Shown piece by piece: positions 13,020 to 26,655 of a stretch of 64,000 nucleotides of DNA. Below the pieces are notes generated by a model, which saw only the letters and a list, made by a program, of their open reading frames with translations, did no database searches and was not told the origin of the DNA. The stretch lies in contig NC_068984.1 of the NCBI RefSeq assembly GCF_001194135.2, positions 25,608,121-25,672,120 on the forward strand. Reading direction: 5' to 3'. The position numbers and the translations under genes are program-made. Position 1 is the first letter of the stretch; the number at the start of each line of letters is the position of its first letter. Origin of the DNA: Octopus bimaculoides. Lineage: Eukaryota.

Positions 13020-14800
13020 ATATAAGGTACTGAGACATGGGTATTGAGTATAGAAAAATCTGTCGTGGCTGAAAGAAATAAGGCAGTTGTGATCCATTGG
13101 ATGAGAGAAATTAACTGTATGAAAGGGGTAAGAGACATTTTGGCAAAGATGTTTTGGAGCCACGTATTTGACATTACTGATGCTACTCTAACTTACTTGA
13201 CATCAGACATTTTAATGTTGTTTTTCTTTCCCTCTGTTTATGTATGTGAACATCTAGCTATGTTCATATGTACGTGTAAGAACTCTTCCTCTCCCTATCT
13301 CTATCTGTACATGTATATTTCTGCACATACATGCAAGTGGTGTGCATTTGCTTCCAGTGCTAAAACATACTGTCACCAAAACAAGCTGAATGTCCAGTCA
13401 GTTGTGTCAAACAGTCAGTGTCCTAACAGCCTCTTCCAAACACCTCATTCCAGCATGAGAGGTAGAGAGAGTAGCTTAGGAATTGAAGGAAACAGAAGCA
13501 CTGGTTTGGACATGTCATGTGAATGAATGATGAACATTATGTGAAAAAGTGCCATGTATAGAAGTGGTAAGGTCAGATCTCAAGATACTGGGTCTCACAG
13601 ATGTGATGACAAAAGAGTAAGATCAGCTATGATGATATGCAAACTTTTTCAACACACATCAAGACAGAAAAAAAAACAACATTAAAATGATCATCATATG
13701 ACACATGGAAAATATTTTGGCTGGTTAATATTTTGATTCATATAAAAAAAATAAAAAATAGTGCATCCAAAACAGACAAAAAACTTATACAACTTCAGAT
13801 AAAGTGGATTCTTCATATTTTTTATCTTCATTTATTTCAAAAGAATGGTTTTTGGTTCAACCATGTTGAATGAAAAATAATAATAATAAAAGTGAATAAA
13901 TAAAAAATAACAATGTTTTAAATTCAAAACAATAGGTTATATTCTTTTACTAGTTCTAACCAGTTGGCTGTGACCATGCTGGGTCGACGCCATTTTGTTG
14001 TTTTTAGTTAATACAAGTTTTATGAGTTAAGTTAATCTACATACAAACTTCATATATTATACATACACAAGTACACACAGACACAGAGAGGCAAACAGAT
14101 GGACTGAACTATAGAAAATGTAGATATATATATATAGAGAGAGAGAGTGATCAATAAATGTGCATGCCATTGTAAACAAATGTCTACGTCAGGTATTTTT
14201 ATCATTATTTTTATAAATATGAAAGATACTGTCAGAGCAAGACATACATACTTATAAAGATATAAAAATAAAAAAATATCCTCACATCTGGGTTGTTGTT
14301 TTTTTTTTTGTTTTTTCTTTCAACCATTTATTTCAGAACATATGACAAAGAATGGAGTCTTAATAAAAGAATAAACAAACAAGCGATCAAACAAAGCTTA
14401 CAATATTCATACTGATACGATAAATGTCTAAACTTTATATAGACTGTTTTGGAATGGAAGAAATGCCGTATTCCAAAGTTTATCTACAAACATAGCTGTC
14501 TGGTTAGAAATAGATTCAGCTTTCATAATAATAGATCACACCCCAAGCCTTAGTTATGGAGGAAAAAGAAAAAGGTAAAATTTCCCACAGTCCTGCCAAT
14601 GAAGAGAAGACCATTATAAAAGAGACAAGAAGAATAAAAGAAATCTAAAACTATATAATATATATATATACGTACACACATTTATATAAATATAATGTGG
14701 TGTGTGTATGCACATATATATATACACCCACCCACACAATTCTATGTAACATATAGTATTTATATATACACCTATATACCTATCTCTCTCTCTCGCTCTC

Positions 14801-15027
14801 TAAGGATTAAGACATAAACTCAAATTAGGCAATCAATTTTTTTACACATACCCATACAGTAATAAATTCAACTTAAAATGCATATGTGTATATATATATA
14901 TATCATCATCATCATCGTTTAACGTCCGCTTTCCATGCTAGCATGGGTTGGACGATTTGACTGAGGACTGGTGAACCGGATGGCTATACCAGGCTCCAAT
15001 CTAATTTGGCAGAGTTTNNNNNNNNNN

Positions 15028-15086
<59 letters not shown>

Positions 15087-15250
15087 TAATACATATCGAC
15101 ATATATAAATATCTTTTAAAATATAAATAGATATATATATAAATATATATTCATGTATGTCAATATGCATTTTAAGTTGAATTTATAACTGAACGGGTAT
15201 GTATAAAAAATTGATTGCCTATTTTGAGTTTTATATCTTAATTCTTATCC
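14801..15250. repeat. About 85-bp diverged inverted repeat pair (14801-14885 and about 15165-15250)
   Basis: aaactcaaattaggcaatcaattt...aaattcaacttaaaatgcata recurs as its reverse complement. Confidence 0.8.
14903..15017 (-). mobile_element. Young RTE 3' end with (GAT)n tail
   Basis: Near-identical to 22449-22600; CpGs retained. Confidence 0.85.
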
Positions 15251-15465
15251 TTTGTCTTGGGTTCGACCCGAGCATTTCTTAAGCAGTTCTATATATAATA
15301 TAATATATAAATATATACACACAAAATATTTCACAAAGCTAACAGTCTAATTTCTCAAGAACTAACAGTCTAATTCACATAGAATAATTTTACAAAATTA
15401 TCTTACTTAATACACTACAAAATAAGGGTCTATCTTATTGTAGACTACTATGATTATCTGATCAA

Positions 15466-15507
<42 letters not shown>

Positions 15508-16357
15508 AGAGAGAGAGAGAGAGAGAGGTACACACACAATGGACTTCTGGTCTCAATGTATTGGTTAACCTGAGGCTGCAGTAAGACTTAACCTGAAACT
15601 ACAAAGTTGTGAGGTAAATCCATTAACCATACAGCCATTTCTGAGCCTATATCTATAGAGGATCACAAATCAACAGTCATTACAGAGATGGATAGACTCC
15701 CAATTCATACCTCAATGAGGTCAATTTCACATTATATCCCTTCAGAGTGCAATTAATAATGAAGTATCAATCCTAGGCCATGCTTAGTGCTTAGGATGTT
15801 GCATTCATGACTGCAAGACCATGGCTTTGATTCCTTAACCAAGTGGTATGTTGTATTCTTGCTCAAAACAATTCATTTCACATTGCTCCAGTCCACTCGG
15901 CTGTAAATGAGTAACCCTATGACAGATTGGCATCCAAGTCATGAAAAATGTTGTAATCTCAGTCACCATGGAAACCAGGTAATCAGCCTTATGAGTCCTT
16001 GGGCTCAAGCCAGTAATGTCCACCTTCCCTTAATCTTTCTCTCCAGAAGAAATCAACAGCGATCATATCTAGAGAGGGACAGGTTTCACTATATGTCCAA
16101 TATACTTTAAGTTACAACAGCTCACTAGGCAAGGCATATCTCCATATTTACAGATACTTATATCTATGGATATATATACTATTTCTTGTTTGACACTTTT
16201 ATTGCCTTGAATCTGTTTTTAAGGCTCAACAGACAAACTCCTTATACCCTCGCTCTTTTCTCTGTCACATAGAGAAAAATTTGCTTTGGGTTTTCTTTTC
16301 ATGACCTGTCACTCATTATAACATCTAATTATCAGTAATTTGTATTGTCTCATTAAG

Positions 16358-16520
16358 GACCAAGTATAGTTCTATGGTTAAGAAGTTTGCTTCCAACCTA
16401 CATAGTTTCAGGTTCAGTCTCACCATATGGCACCCTGGGCAAGTATCTTCTACTATATCTCTGGGCCAACCAAAGCCTTGTGAGTGGATTTAGTAGATAG
16501 AAACTTAAAGAAGGCTGTCA
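16358..16520 (+). mobile_element. SINE family A, 5' part
   Basis: Head and core similarity to 11311. Confidence 0.8.
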
Positions 16521-17952
16521 CATGTGTGTGTGTGTGTGTGTGTGCGTGCGTGCGTGCATGCGCGTATGCATGCTCACACACTTGGACCTCCTTGTTTTGA
16601 CATCGTGTGATTGTTGTAAACAAATGTCATTCATTTCCAATATTCTGTGAAAACCTGTTTGACCATAGAACTTGCTTAGAAACTGGTAAGGCTTGGCAAC
16701 AGGGAAGGTATCCAACCATAGAAATTCTGCCCCAATAAATTCCATCTAACCCATGCAAGCATGGAAATGTGGACATTAAAGCAGGGATGTTTATATATAT
16801 ATCCCAGCCCTTGAAGGGTACATTCTGTGAGAAATGAGAATATTATCGTCTGTTTCTACTCTTACAAAACTGTCAAATACACCCTTATACACACATAAAT
16901 CTGAGAATTTTAAGAGAGAGAAACTGGGGAATTGTAACATTCGTGTAATCCAAGTAAAGTGGTTACAACTCTGGGAAACCAAAACTGATTTGCTAAGAAC
17001 TTTCTGCTGCCATACAGTCCCAATCACAAGAACAACATCAACAACAACAATACATTAACATGTTTCTTTCCCTTATTTATAGTTCAGTTATTCCACCATC
17101 AATCAACATTATACCATATGCTATAAAATTGAGTAGCTTTATTATAAGTGCCAAACATATGTCTTAGATAAAGCTTCATATTACTCAGTTTCATTTAACA
17201 TTTTTAAATGGCCAGATTGCCTCTGACACTATTTAGAACTGAGTCTGCTTTATCTTCTTAAAAGCTTGATACTTTACACTGTTATATTGAAATTCCTACC
17301 TTCATTAAATGAGAGTCAATGAAGGTAGTAAAGAGATAGTATTCTTTAACAATTCTAATGATAAGGACACTATAACACATGCAAGGATTAAAACCAAGGA
17401 AACTGTGAACAGCTATTTAAATAAAACAAGAACAGATTATATGCTTCAGGTATCAGGAATTTCATGATTAATATCAATTTCATTGGGATTTTTATAGTAA
17501 AGAAGTTAATTCCTTAGATACCAAATACCAAGATGCCATCCATGCAGAACATGTATTCCCTAAGTTAAAACATTTAATAAAATGAAATCATACTAATTAA
17601 TAGGTTTGAAGTTGATGGAAGACATTTTAATACACTTGAAGTATTCAGTTGATCTATTGAAAACAAAATAGTTTGTTTTTTTTTACAGCTTTCTTTCTTT
17701 CCTCAGGTCGAATGATATTTTTAGAACAGTCTTTACAGAGATCCTAATGTGATACCAACCTTTGAATTGATTTCAACAAACAAGAGTTCTATAATAAGAA
17801 TGTTTGATTGCCATGACAATAATAAAAATGTGTGATAAAGAACAATATTGTTTGCAGAGGTACAGAAATATTGAGAGAAAAAAAATTATAGTAGGAGGTT
17901 GTAGGAGAATATTGAGAAAACAATAACAGAAATAGAAATATGTATATATATA

Positions 17953-18622
17953 NNNNNNNNNNNNNNNNNNNNNNNNNNNNNNNNNNNNNNNNNNNNNNNN
18001 NNNNNNNNNNNNNNNNNNNNNNNNNNNNNNNNNNNNNNNNNNNNNNNNNNNNNNNNNNNNNNNNNNNNNNNNNNNNNNNNNNNNNNNNNNNNNNNNNNNN
18101 NNNNNNNNNNNNNNNNNNNNNNNNNNNNNNNNNNNNNNNNNNNNNNNNNNNNNNNNNNNNNNNNNNNNNNNNNNNNNNNNNNNNNNNNNNNNNNNNNNNN
18201 NNNNNNNNNNNNNNNNNNNNNNNNNNNNNNNNNNNNNNNNNNNNNNNNNNNNNNNNNNNNNNNNNNNNNNNNNNNNNNNNNNNNNNNNNNNNNNNNNNNN
18301 NNNNNNNNNNNNNNNNNNNNNNNNNNNNNNNNNNNNNNNNNNNNNNNNNNNNNNNNNNNNNNNNNNNNNNNNNNNNNNNNNNNNNNNNNNNNNNNNNNNN
18401 NNNNNNNNNNNNNNNNNNNNNNNNNNNNNNNNNNNNNNNNNNNNNNNNNNNNNNNNNNNNNNNNNNNNNNNNNNNNNNNNNNNNNNNNNNNNNNNNNNNN
18501 NNNNNNNNNNNNNNNNNNNNNNNNNNNNNNNNNNNNNNNNNNNNNNNNNNNNNNNNNNNNNNNNNNNNNNNNNNNNNNNNNNNNNNNNNNNNNNNNNNNN
18601 NNNNNNNNNNNNNNNNNNNNNN
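17953..18622. other. Assembly gap (other gaps: 15018-15027, 29627-29737, 52241-52580, 58930-58939)
   Basis: Runs of N, mostly next to (TA)n tracts. Confidence 1.
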
Positions 18623-19740
18623 ATATATATTTGCAATAATACTAAAGCTTTTAAACTCCTAACAAACATTTTTTTTATAATTTATTTTAAATTCATTTCC
18701 TATGATTGTATAAATGATGATGTTTAATAAGAATTCAAAAGCATTTCTTTTAATAATTAAGATTCTGAATTTTAAAGATTATCTAATTATCATTCTTTAT
18801 CGTCATTATTTCAGTTCCCACTGTTCCATGCTTGGAAGGATCAGAGAAAACTTGTTGATGCAAGATTTTTAAGAGGACTGAGTCCTCTTTGTTGCCAACC
18901 CTACTTGTTTCCAAGCAAGGTAATATTTTCTCCTATGATGATGATTAATTTCAAATGATGTTAAACATAAGTTAATACTGTAGTAGAGTTGTGAACCCTA
19001 ATACCAATTAAATCAATCTTATCATTACCTTTTCAAAAAGAGAGAAAAAAAAAGAAGTAAAAATCATAACAAATTTTGATTTTATCTATGTGCAATTTAT
19101 TATTCTCATTACTGTCCCAGCCCTGTTGTATGCAAAGGCCAAAGTTCCTTTTCTCAAATTCTTACACATGAATAATCTTTATACCTTTCTATGGAAATAT
19201 AACACCCATCATGCAACCAATTGGCAGAAATTCTATCTAGAGACGACAGTGATAGAAGTGACACTAATACTATTTAGCTCTAATTATTGACAGTATTGTA
19301 TAAAATGCCTAACAAAGATTCATTACACTCCTTTACATTCTGCTTCCAAACCTGCCAGGGTCTCATTCCTCCAGGGGAGGGCATGGGGGTAGGTGGATCA
19401 AAGTTAGAATAATCAGCTACTGGAATTGTTTCAATCAATTATATGACTACTACAAATTGAAGATTACTGTGTCAATGTAAGAGATCAATATAAGAAATCT
19501 CACTAACAGCTTTAAGAATAATTAATTTGACGCTTTGGATGGCAGGATGAACAAAAAAAAGACAAATTGAGGAAATATTGCTGAAATCTAACACCATGTG
19601 TTGATTATCCAGCTTTAACCCTTTCACTGAATGGTGTTTTATAAATCCCACCTTTGTATGTTTTGCAAAAAAACAAAAATAATAATAACTACAGATCATT
19701 TTAATTAAGCAAAAGCAAATTTTATGCAGTGATTTATTAT

Positions 19741-20140
19741 TCTTTTATTCTTTTATTTTTATTTCTTTCAGACATTAAACTGTGGCCATGCTGGGGCACC
19801 ACCTTGAAGAATTTTAGTCAAACCGATCAACCCCAATACGTATTTTTTAAGCCTGGTGCATATTCTATCGGTGTCTTTTGCTGAACTGCTAAGTTACAGG
19901 GATGTAAACACACCAACAACAGTTGTCAAACGGTGGGAGGGGGACAACAAAATCAAGCACAAACAGACACACACACACACATGATGAGATTCTTTCAGTT
20001 TCCATCTACCAAATCCACTCACAAGGTTTTGGTCGGCCCAACACGATAGTAAAGGACACTTGCCCAAGGTGCTACACAGTGGGACAGAACCTGGAACCAT
20101 GTGGTTGGGAAGCAAACTTCTTACCACACAGCCATGCCGT
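19741..20140 (-). mobile_element. SINE family A, full length
   Basis: Reverse-complement similarity to 11311-11716. Confidence 0.88.
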
Positions 20141-20586
20141 CCATATTTTCTTGTACTGTTCCATCCAGAGTTTTACTATCCATAGTATTTTGCACAGTCC
20201 CATCCTGCAGATGTTGCTTTTTTAGATATTTTGCATGGACTAGTGTCTCCTATGTTAAATACTTAAGGAAATTACTAATGAAGGTGAGGACTTATCTAAT
20301 GAAATCATATTGAATCTTAGCACATTCATCAGTCACGTCAACTGTTAACACAATATCCTATTCATATTCTAATCCCAACAAAGATATTTTTTAATGCATT
20401 TAAAGTATAAGTACCATACCTGGTTTAAATAATTTATTTCTAAGAAAAATCACAACCCCTCTAACTCCCTAGTGCTCCCTTGTGAGTTTACAATGTCACC
20501 ACCAGGAGTGTTGCCATCCAGGTTAAGAAACACTGATTTAGAGCCAGATGTTAAAGTGATAGTATGTGTTCCCTCATTACAAGATA

Positions 20587-21166
20587 TTGGGTTGTCCGGA
20601 AAGTTCATGCCGATTTATAGTAGCTTACCTTTCGACTTATTTTAGAACATGGTTGAGTCCATAAAATAGGATTTGACTACACAGTTTAAGCTATCTTTTT
20701 GTGGAAGAAGGTTTATGTTCCTATAACCTGTGTTAATTCTGTAACCCTTTAAAATGGAAGGTAAGAAAGTTCATTTTCAGCACTTGATGCTTTTTTTTTT
20801 CCGTAAAGGGAAAACTGCCTCACAAGCAACCAAAGAAATATGCGCAGTTTACGGTGATGTTTCTTTATCTGAAAGAACTGTACAGAAGTGGTTCGCACGG
20901 TTCCGAGCTGGAGAATGTAGCCTTATTGATAAAGAGCGATCAGGCAGACCATCCACTACAGATGATGACCAAATCAAGTCATTAATTGAGAATAACCCAC
21001 ATTGCACAACCCGAGAATTGACAGAAAGCCTCAACCTATCAAAATCCATCGTTCACGAGCACCTGGTAAAGCTTGGGTACACAAATCGCTACAATGTTTG
21101 GGTACCACATTAGTTGAGTGAGAAGAACCTTTTGGAAAATCGGCACGAACTTTCCGGACAACCCAA
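20587..21166 (+). mobile_element. Internally deleted mariner transposon
   Basis: 30-bp TIRs TTGGGTTGTCCGGAAAGTTC(A/G)TGCCGATTT (29 of 30 identical), TA on both flanks. Confidence 0.95.
20754..21113 (+). pseudogene. Mariner transposase N-terminal DNA-binding domain, 119 aa, no catalytic domain
   Basis: TVQKWFARFRAG, RSGRP, then WVPH* at the WVPHEL linker. Confidence 0.9.
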
Positions 21167-22289
21167 TAGAATACACTATACAGCATTTAGGCTTTCATTT
21201 AGGAGAAATTATCTTTCATCCTTATAATCTTTAATAAACCAGCATTTGTTTCTTACATACTTCCTCAAACTCAATTGTCAGCAACTTGGAAGGAATAAAA
21301 CATCTGTAGAAACAGCAGTAAACATCAGACTGTGCTACAGTTAAAAGAATCAATCAAATACGCAACTGAAACTTTTTTCTTTTTATCATTGAAACTTAGT
21401 TTACATACCATATGTTAAATTTCCAAGAGAACCATCAATAACATTTTTAAAGTTTGTAAAAGTAGAAGAAAATAAAACATTAAAATAATATTAACATTTA
21501 ATTTTTTTAGTAATTTTACATATATTGATCTGAATGTACTTATATGCAAATACACACACACATATACAAACTATAAACACACAAGTTTGTTTTTTGTCCA
21601 CAATTCTATTTCAGAGTAACACTTGCTCTGGGCTTGGAAGTGAAAAATCTAAAGCTTAATAACCAGGAAATATATTTACTGTATGAATATCAGTTTGAGG
21701 AATAATTATAAATCAATTCAAATTTTCATTGCTAAAAATTCACTCATATTTTTCTTCATACTCCTCCTCCCTTCCCCCACTGTTACATTTGAGAACTGGA
21801 AACTTGAGTATCTTGCTTAAGCTGTATACAAGATTTTTTCTTTCTTTTCTTTTTCAGAAGTTACTTGATCTGAAGCCATATTTTGGAACTGAAACAATTA
21901 CATCATTGAAAAGCCATTTACAAAACACAAAAAACTTACATTCACTTTTAATATATTTTGTGACCTATCAAAGTTTTCATCACGTTACTGGATACCTAGT
22001 CATTAACACAATTCCAATTGCAGTGGAATTGTGTTAGTGACTAGATCGCTCTTCTACAATGTAATTGCTATATTTTGTTTTTTTCTTTTATGGTTCAAAT
22101 TTCTAGATGACTTAGTGTTTGAATAAAATAAGTTGTTTTTTTTGTTTGTTTTTTAAATTTTATTCTATAGGAAATGTTGAATTCCTTGCCAAGAATGCTA
22201 GTGATGGTAGACACATGCACAAACAATCAATGTTTTAGAGAATCAACTTTTGCAGCTCTACCATGGCATTGGAGTTTGGAAGATTTTGA

Positions 22290-22600
22290 ATAAATAATGA
22301 ATTATTCAATGACTGTGGAAAATGTCCAACAGAGACTGAAGTACTGGCAGGCAGATACACCTAGGGATATTCTGCAATCCATTGCCAAAGATCAAGATAG
22401 GGTGGAGATCTCTTGTTGGCATCCTATGCTCCACACGGAGTTAAAGGGTTGGCATTAGGAAGGGCATCCAGCTGTAGAAACTCTGCCAAATCAGACTGGA
22501 GCCTGGTGTTGCCATCCGGTTTCACCAGTCCTCAGTCAAATCGTCCAACCCATGCTAGCATGGAAAGCGGACGTTAAACGATGATGATGATGATGATGAT
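22290..22600 (+). mobile_element. Two adjacent RTE-type 3' ends (older ..cctatgctcc.. type, then young (GAT)n type at 22449-22600)
   Basis: AKDQDRWRS-like terminus followed by the conserved 3' module. Confidence 0.7.
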
Positions 22601-24360
22601 ATAGGTATGTCACAAACAGTTAAAATTTATTATTTTGAAATTAAAAAAAAAATGAAAACAGAATATAAAATTCTACATCAGTGTTTTAAACAAGTTCAAA
22701 AAAGAATCAAATGAAAGTAACTTTATGAATTTAGTGTCCGCAAGTACCATTAGCTCCAAAAGTTATCTTACACAAGATTAAATAGAAGCATTAGCACTTT
22801 GAGGTTTAACAAAGTATCACTCTGAACAATGTTTTAGCAAATGATCAATTAAGTTGTTCTAATAAATAGAAAACAGAAATTATTGTCTCATTTCTTTGGT
22901 TTTCAAGAATAGTAATCAAAGACATATCATGAAATAAAGAGAAGGAATCAATAATCTAAGTTCAGTATTCTTGAAATTATCCAAAACCTTGTCAAGGTAT
23001 GAAGAAGTGACAGAATTTGATAGTTTGGAAAACAGGGATTAAAAGCATTTTGCATTTTCACTTGCAATTAAATGTGATTTGTCTATCGAATAAATATCTG
23101 AGTTTGATAATATTAAAACGTTGAAAAATTGATGCAAAACCACCAACAGATGCTTTCATTGCACAGCCAAAAAAAGAAAAGAAAAAAAAAAAGAACCATT
23201 ATATGGTTGCTTGACCTAACAGAATTAGCAGTCAAATCTCCCTTAAATCTCCCTGCATTTCAAAAAGGAAAGATAATGAAAGCTAGAAATACTATCTCAG
23301 AAAAAGAATGAGATAATCATGGCTAGAACACCATTGATCTGTTGACTTGGGTCTAATCAGCAACCACTGTTCTAATTGTTAATACTGTTGGGTAACAAAT
23401 CATCTCTGAGAAACCTTGAAGAATTACATTATCTCACATAAAATCTATCTCACCGACTTTCTGGGTAGTTATCGCTAAAACCTCTAGAAATTAGAGCTGC
23501 ATATGAAATTTAATGTCCACACAACATCCAATTTCTTACAACTAAATATGACATTGGATAGTATTATCTAAAACCAATCTAGATCATAGTTTTGGATGGC
23601 ATGGTGGAAATGTGAACCAGGAATATCATATGCCTTACTCAATGAAGAAATACTTTCAACTGTAACCTAACTGTTCCAAATTGGAAAACTTCACTCAATA
23701 TTTCAGAGTAACTACTGTGCTTATGAAAGTATTAAACAAAACTGTACTTCAGCTTTGCTTGAACCATTTTGTAGTTATATTTAGAAAAATATTAAAAAGG
23801 CACATAAAAAAAAAACATTTATATACCGCTGTAACTGTATAACTGTCTTTTATTTTCAGATTCTGGCCTTGCTACTTTTGTAGATTGCTACAAGAAATGG
23901 TTGTTACAATGCTAAGTGGATAGTAATTATCAATAAAGAAATAAAAAGTTGCCAAGAAAAGATACAAAACATATTCTCTCATGCATACTTAGATAACTCA
24001 AGAAAGCAAACTTAAGCTATTCTAAACTCACAAATCAAAGGATATAATTGACACTCGCCACTATTTATCTTCCTTCAATAACAATTCCTTATTTATTTCA
24101 TGTTCGAAGTGAAGTGAACTGGCTGAAACAGTGAAGCATCAGATAGAATAAACTGATAGCATTTAGCTTAGTCTTACGTTCTGAGTTCAAACCCTGCTGG
24201 AATTTGATTTTCGATGAAGTATTAATCATATAATGGAATTGATTCAACTGGTTATACTCTTTCCCCTACCAGTTTATGTATGCCTATGTAACTTAACAGT
24301 TCAACAAAAAGAGACTGATAAAATAAGTACCAGATTTTAAATAAATACTGGGATAGATTT

Positions 24361-24605
24361 AGTTAGTCCCCATTACTCTGTAGGGAGCATAGGGCCAGTT
24401 TCCCGGTTTTTCTGGCAGATATATACCTCCATGGATGGGAGACCAGTTTGTTGCAGGATTACTCATTTTGACCAGTTAAGTGGACTGAAGCAGTGTGAAA
24501 TGAAGTTTTGCTTAAGAACACAATGCATCGCCCAGTCCAGGAATCGAAACCACAATCTTACAATCATGAGTCCAACACCTTAACCACTAAACCATGTGCC
24601 TCCAA
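24361..24605 (-). mobile_element. tRNA-derived SINE, family C, inserted inside another SINE
   Basis: 14-bp TSD actgggatagattt at 24347-24360 and 24606-24619; head ggtttagtggttaagg..ggtttcgattcc. Confidence 0.8.
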
Positions 24606-25334
24606 ACTGGGATAGATTTGATTGACTAAAAACCCTTCAACAGACATAGCCCAGTGGGCTGCAGTGCAATCACTGAAACAAGTAAAAGAAATAAAGAATG
24701 TGCCAAAGGGGGGAAATCATTATTTAGTTATTTGCAAAAATTTCACTTTAGTCTTATGATCCAACTAACACCCTTTCAGTTAAATCTGTATTAAAATTTT
24801 ATTCTCTCTTTTACTTTATTAATACATAAATGGAGACAGACTTGAGATTTCCTATAATCACATTACTTCCCTGACTGCTGAAGACAAACTAATGATCCTT
24901 TTATTGTCTCCCCAGCAAAGGATTCTGCCCAAAATGTTAAATTCTTTCCTCACAGCATAAAATTAATTCCACTGTTTGAACTAATGACTTTTTAGTCTGA
25001 GAGCACACTGTTTATACAATAATAGCAGTCTTTTACATAATCAACACATTGTGGGGCTTTTTTTTTTTGGTAACACTACTTGTTGGAAAACATAACTAGT
25101 TACTTTGCCTAAAACAGGATAAATAACTTTCTTGGATCAAATTATATTCTTTTGTTTTTTGGGACGGTTCTGGAGGGAGAAGAAGAAGGTATTGAGCTTA
25201 TAGTAGTTATGATAATAGTTTTTCACTCAATTGGAAAATTTGTCCATAAACTGCCTTCATCCAACTATGAAACATTTTATACCACAAGAGCTATTCATCA
25301 GACTAATGAGTTATCTAAAAATAACACTTCACAT

Positions 25335-26655
25335 TATCATCATCTAATATGTGTTTTTCAATATTCCCATAGGTTACATGGGTCTTCAGTAGAAAGCATA
25401 CTTATTGCAATGCTTTGTCATCACCTTCATGAAGTTTAAGCTACTGAGATGAGCCTTCTTCCAATGTCTTCCTATTCCACAGCTTATATCGATTTAGCTT
25501 GCTTGACACCTCTTTACTTGACATCATCTATACACATCACATGCTCATGCTAGTGCAGTTTTCTCTCTTTCAAACTACAGCCGATTCTTCTTACACTCAG
25601 TTTTCCTCTCACCTCATATGACCTCCACAGTTCATGCATACTAACATTACACATCCAGCAGAACATCTTTACCTCATTTCTAACTCTTGAACATCCACAG
25701 CATTCAAGATCTTTCTTTTGCCACTATGCAATATCATACATCATACAGAAACATCACACAACCTATCCTTCATTTGAATAGAGGACCCTGTTGTTGCCAG
25801 CAGATAAGTCTCCCTGAATTTTTTCCACCCTGTTTCTTATTCTAGCTACTATGATTCTGAAACACTCAGCTGCGTCACTAATTAGGTACTCTAGACCAGG
25901 GGTTTTCAAACTTTTTGACTTGCGGACCCCTTTATATTTCAGGTTTTACCTTAGGGATCCCCTTATAAACGCTTATGAAATTTATACATAAATATTTGCT
26001 TAAAATAACATATATTTTTACATTTATTTATTTAACAGTATTTAACAAAATAGGTTTATTGTCAATTAAAAGATTTCGATTAAAAAACATATATAAAATC
26101 AAATTGCCCATAAAAAGTATTTGCTGTCCACGGACCCCCTGTCTTGTCCTTGCGGACCCCCTGTGGTCCGCGAACCACAGTTTGAAAACCCCTGCTCTAG
26201 ACAATGGAATTTAAATAAAATATATTTCATAGGTCTTCTGACTGCTAACTATTTCTGTGCACTGTTAAAATGAAACCCCACCTTCTTTGTGAGCCTGCTT
26301 GTGAATCTACTGCATCACTTGTGCACCCATAATTTACACTTAGTACAGTTTAGAGTTCCTACTTACAGTGTGCAAGTAGGTGTTAGCTAGGGCTCACTTC
26401 TCAGTTCACTCCAATTCACTATAGTTCTCCAAGCTATAATACAGGTGTTTAAGACTGGGTGCTCCAGGAAACTCCTCTGTGCTGATGACTTAGTTCTTAT
26501 AGCTGAAGCTGTAGTAGATTTAGAAAACAAATCCCAGGTGTGGAAGTAAAACCTTAAATCAAAGGGCCTTGCAGTTAACTTAGCAAAGACCAAAGTTTTA
26601 GTAAGCAGGAAAACAGACATGATGCTACCCCCATCAGGAAAATGCCCCTATTACT
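25335..26655 (-). mobile_element. RTE LINE insertion with inverted 5' segment
   Basis: Minus-strand 3' part (about 25335-26365) joined to a plus-strand RT part (about 26366-26655: SVQVGV..LLCADDLVLIAE..NLAKTKVLVS..SGKCP). Confidence 0.85.
25897..26194. mobile_element. hAT (Charlie-type) MITE nested in the RTE
   Basis: Perfect TIRs CAGGGGTTTTCAAAC and exact 8-bp TSD CTCTAGAC. Confidence 0.95.

Larger units (their letters stand above)
11810..13650 (+). mobile_element. Old RTE LINE 3' half interrupted by younger insertions
   Basis: Collinear decayed motifs DLVFIAES, xVHKR, MLxGxETW, HWFGHVM, VVRSDLKILGLT. Confidence 0.7.

Noticed and set aside
20315-20336. 20 of 22 match to the CTGATGA/stem II start of the 43.5-kb hammerhead
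   Set aside because: No downstream stem II partner or GAAA; could be chance or an unrecognisable remnant.
17707-23920. Strong plus-strand acceptors at 17706, 21614, 21857 and 23859
   Set aside because: Each runs into a stop or lacks a convincing donor; no consistent chain or homology.
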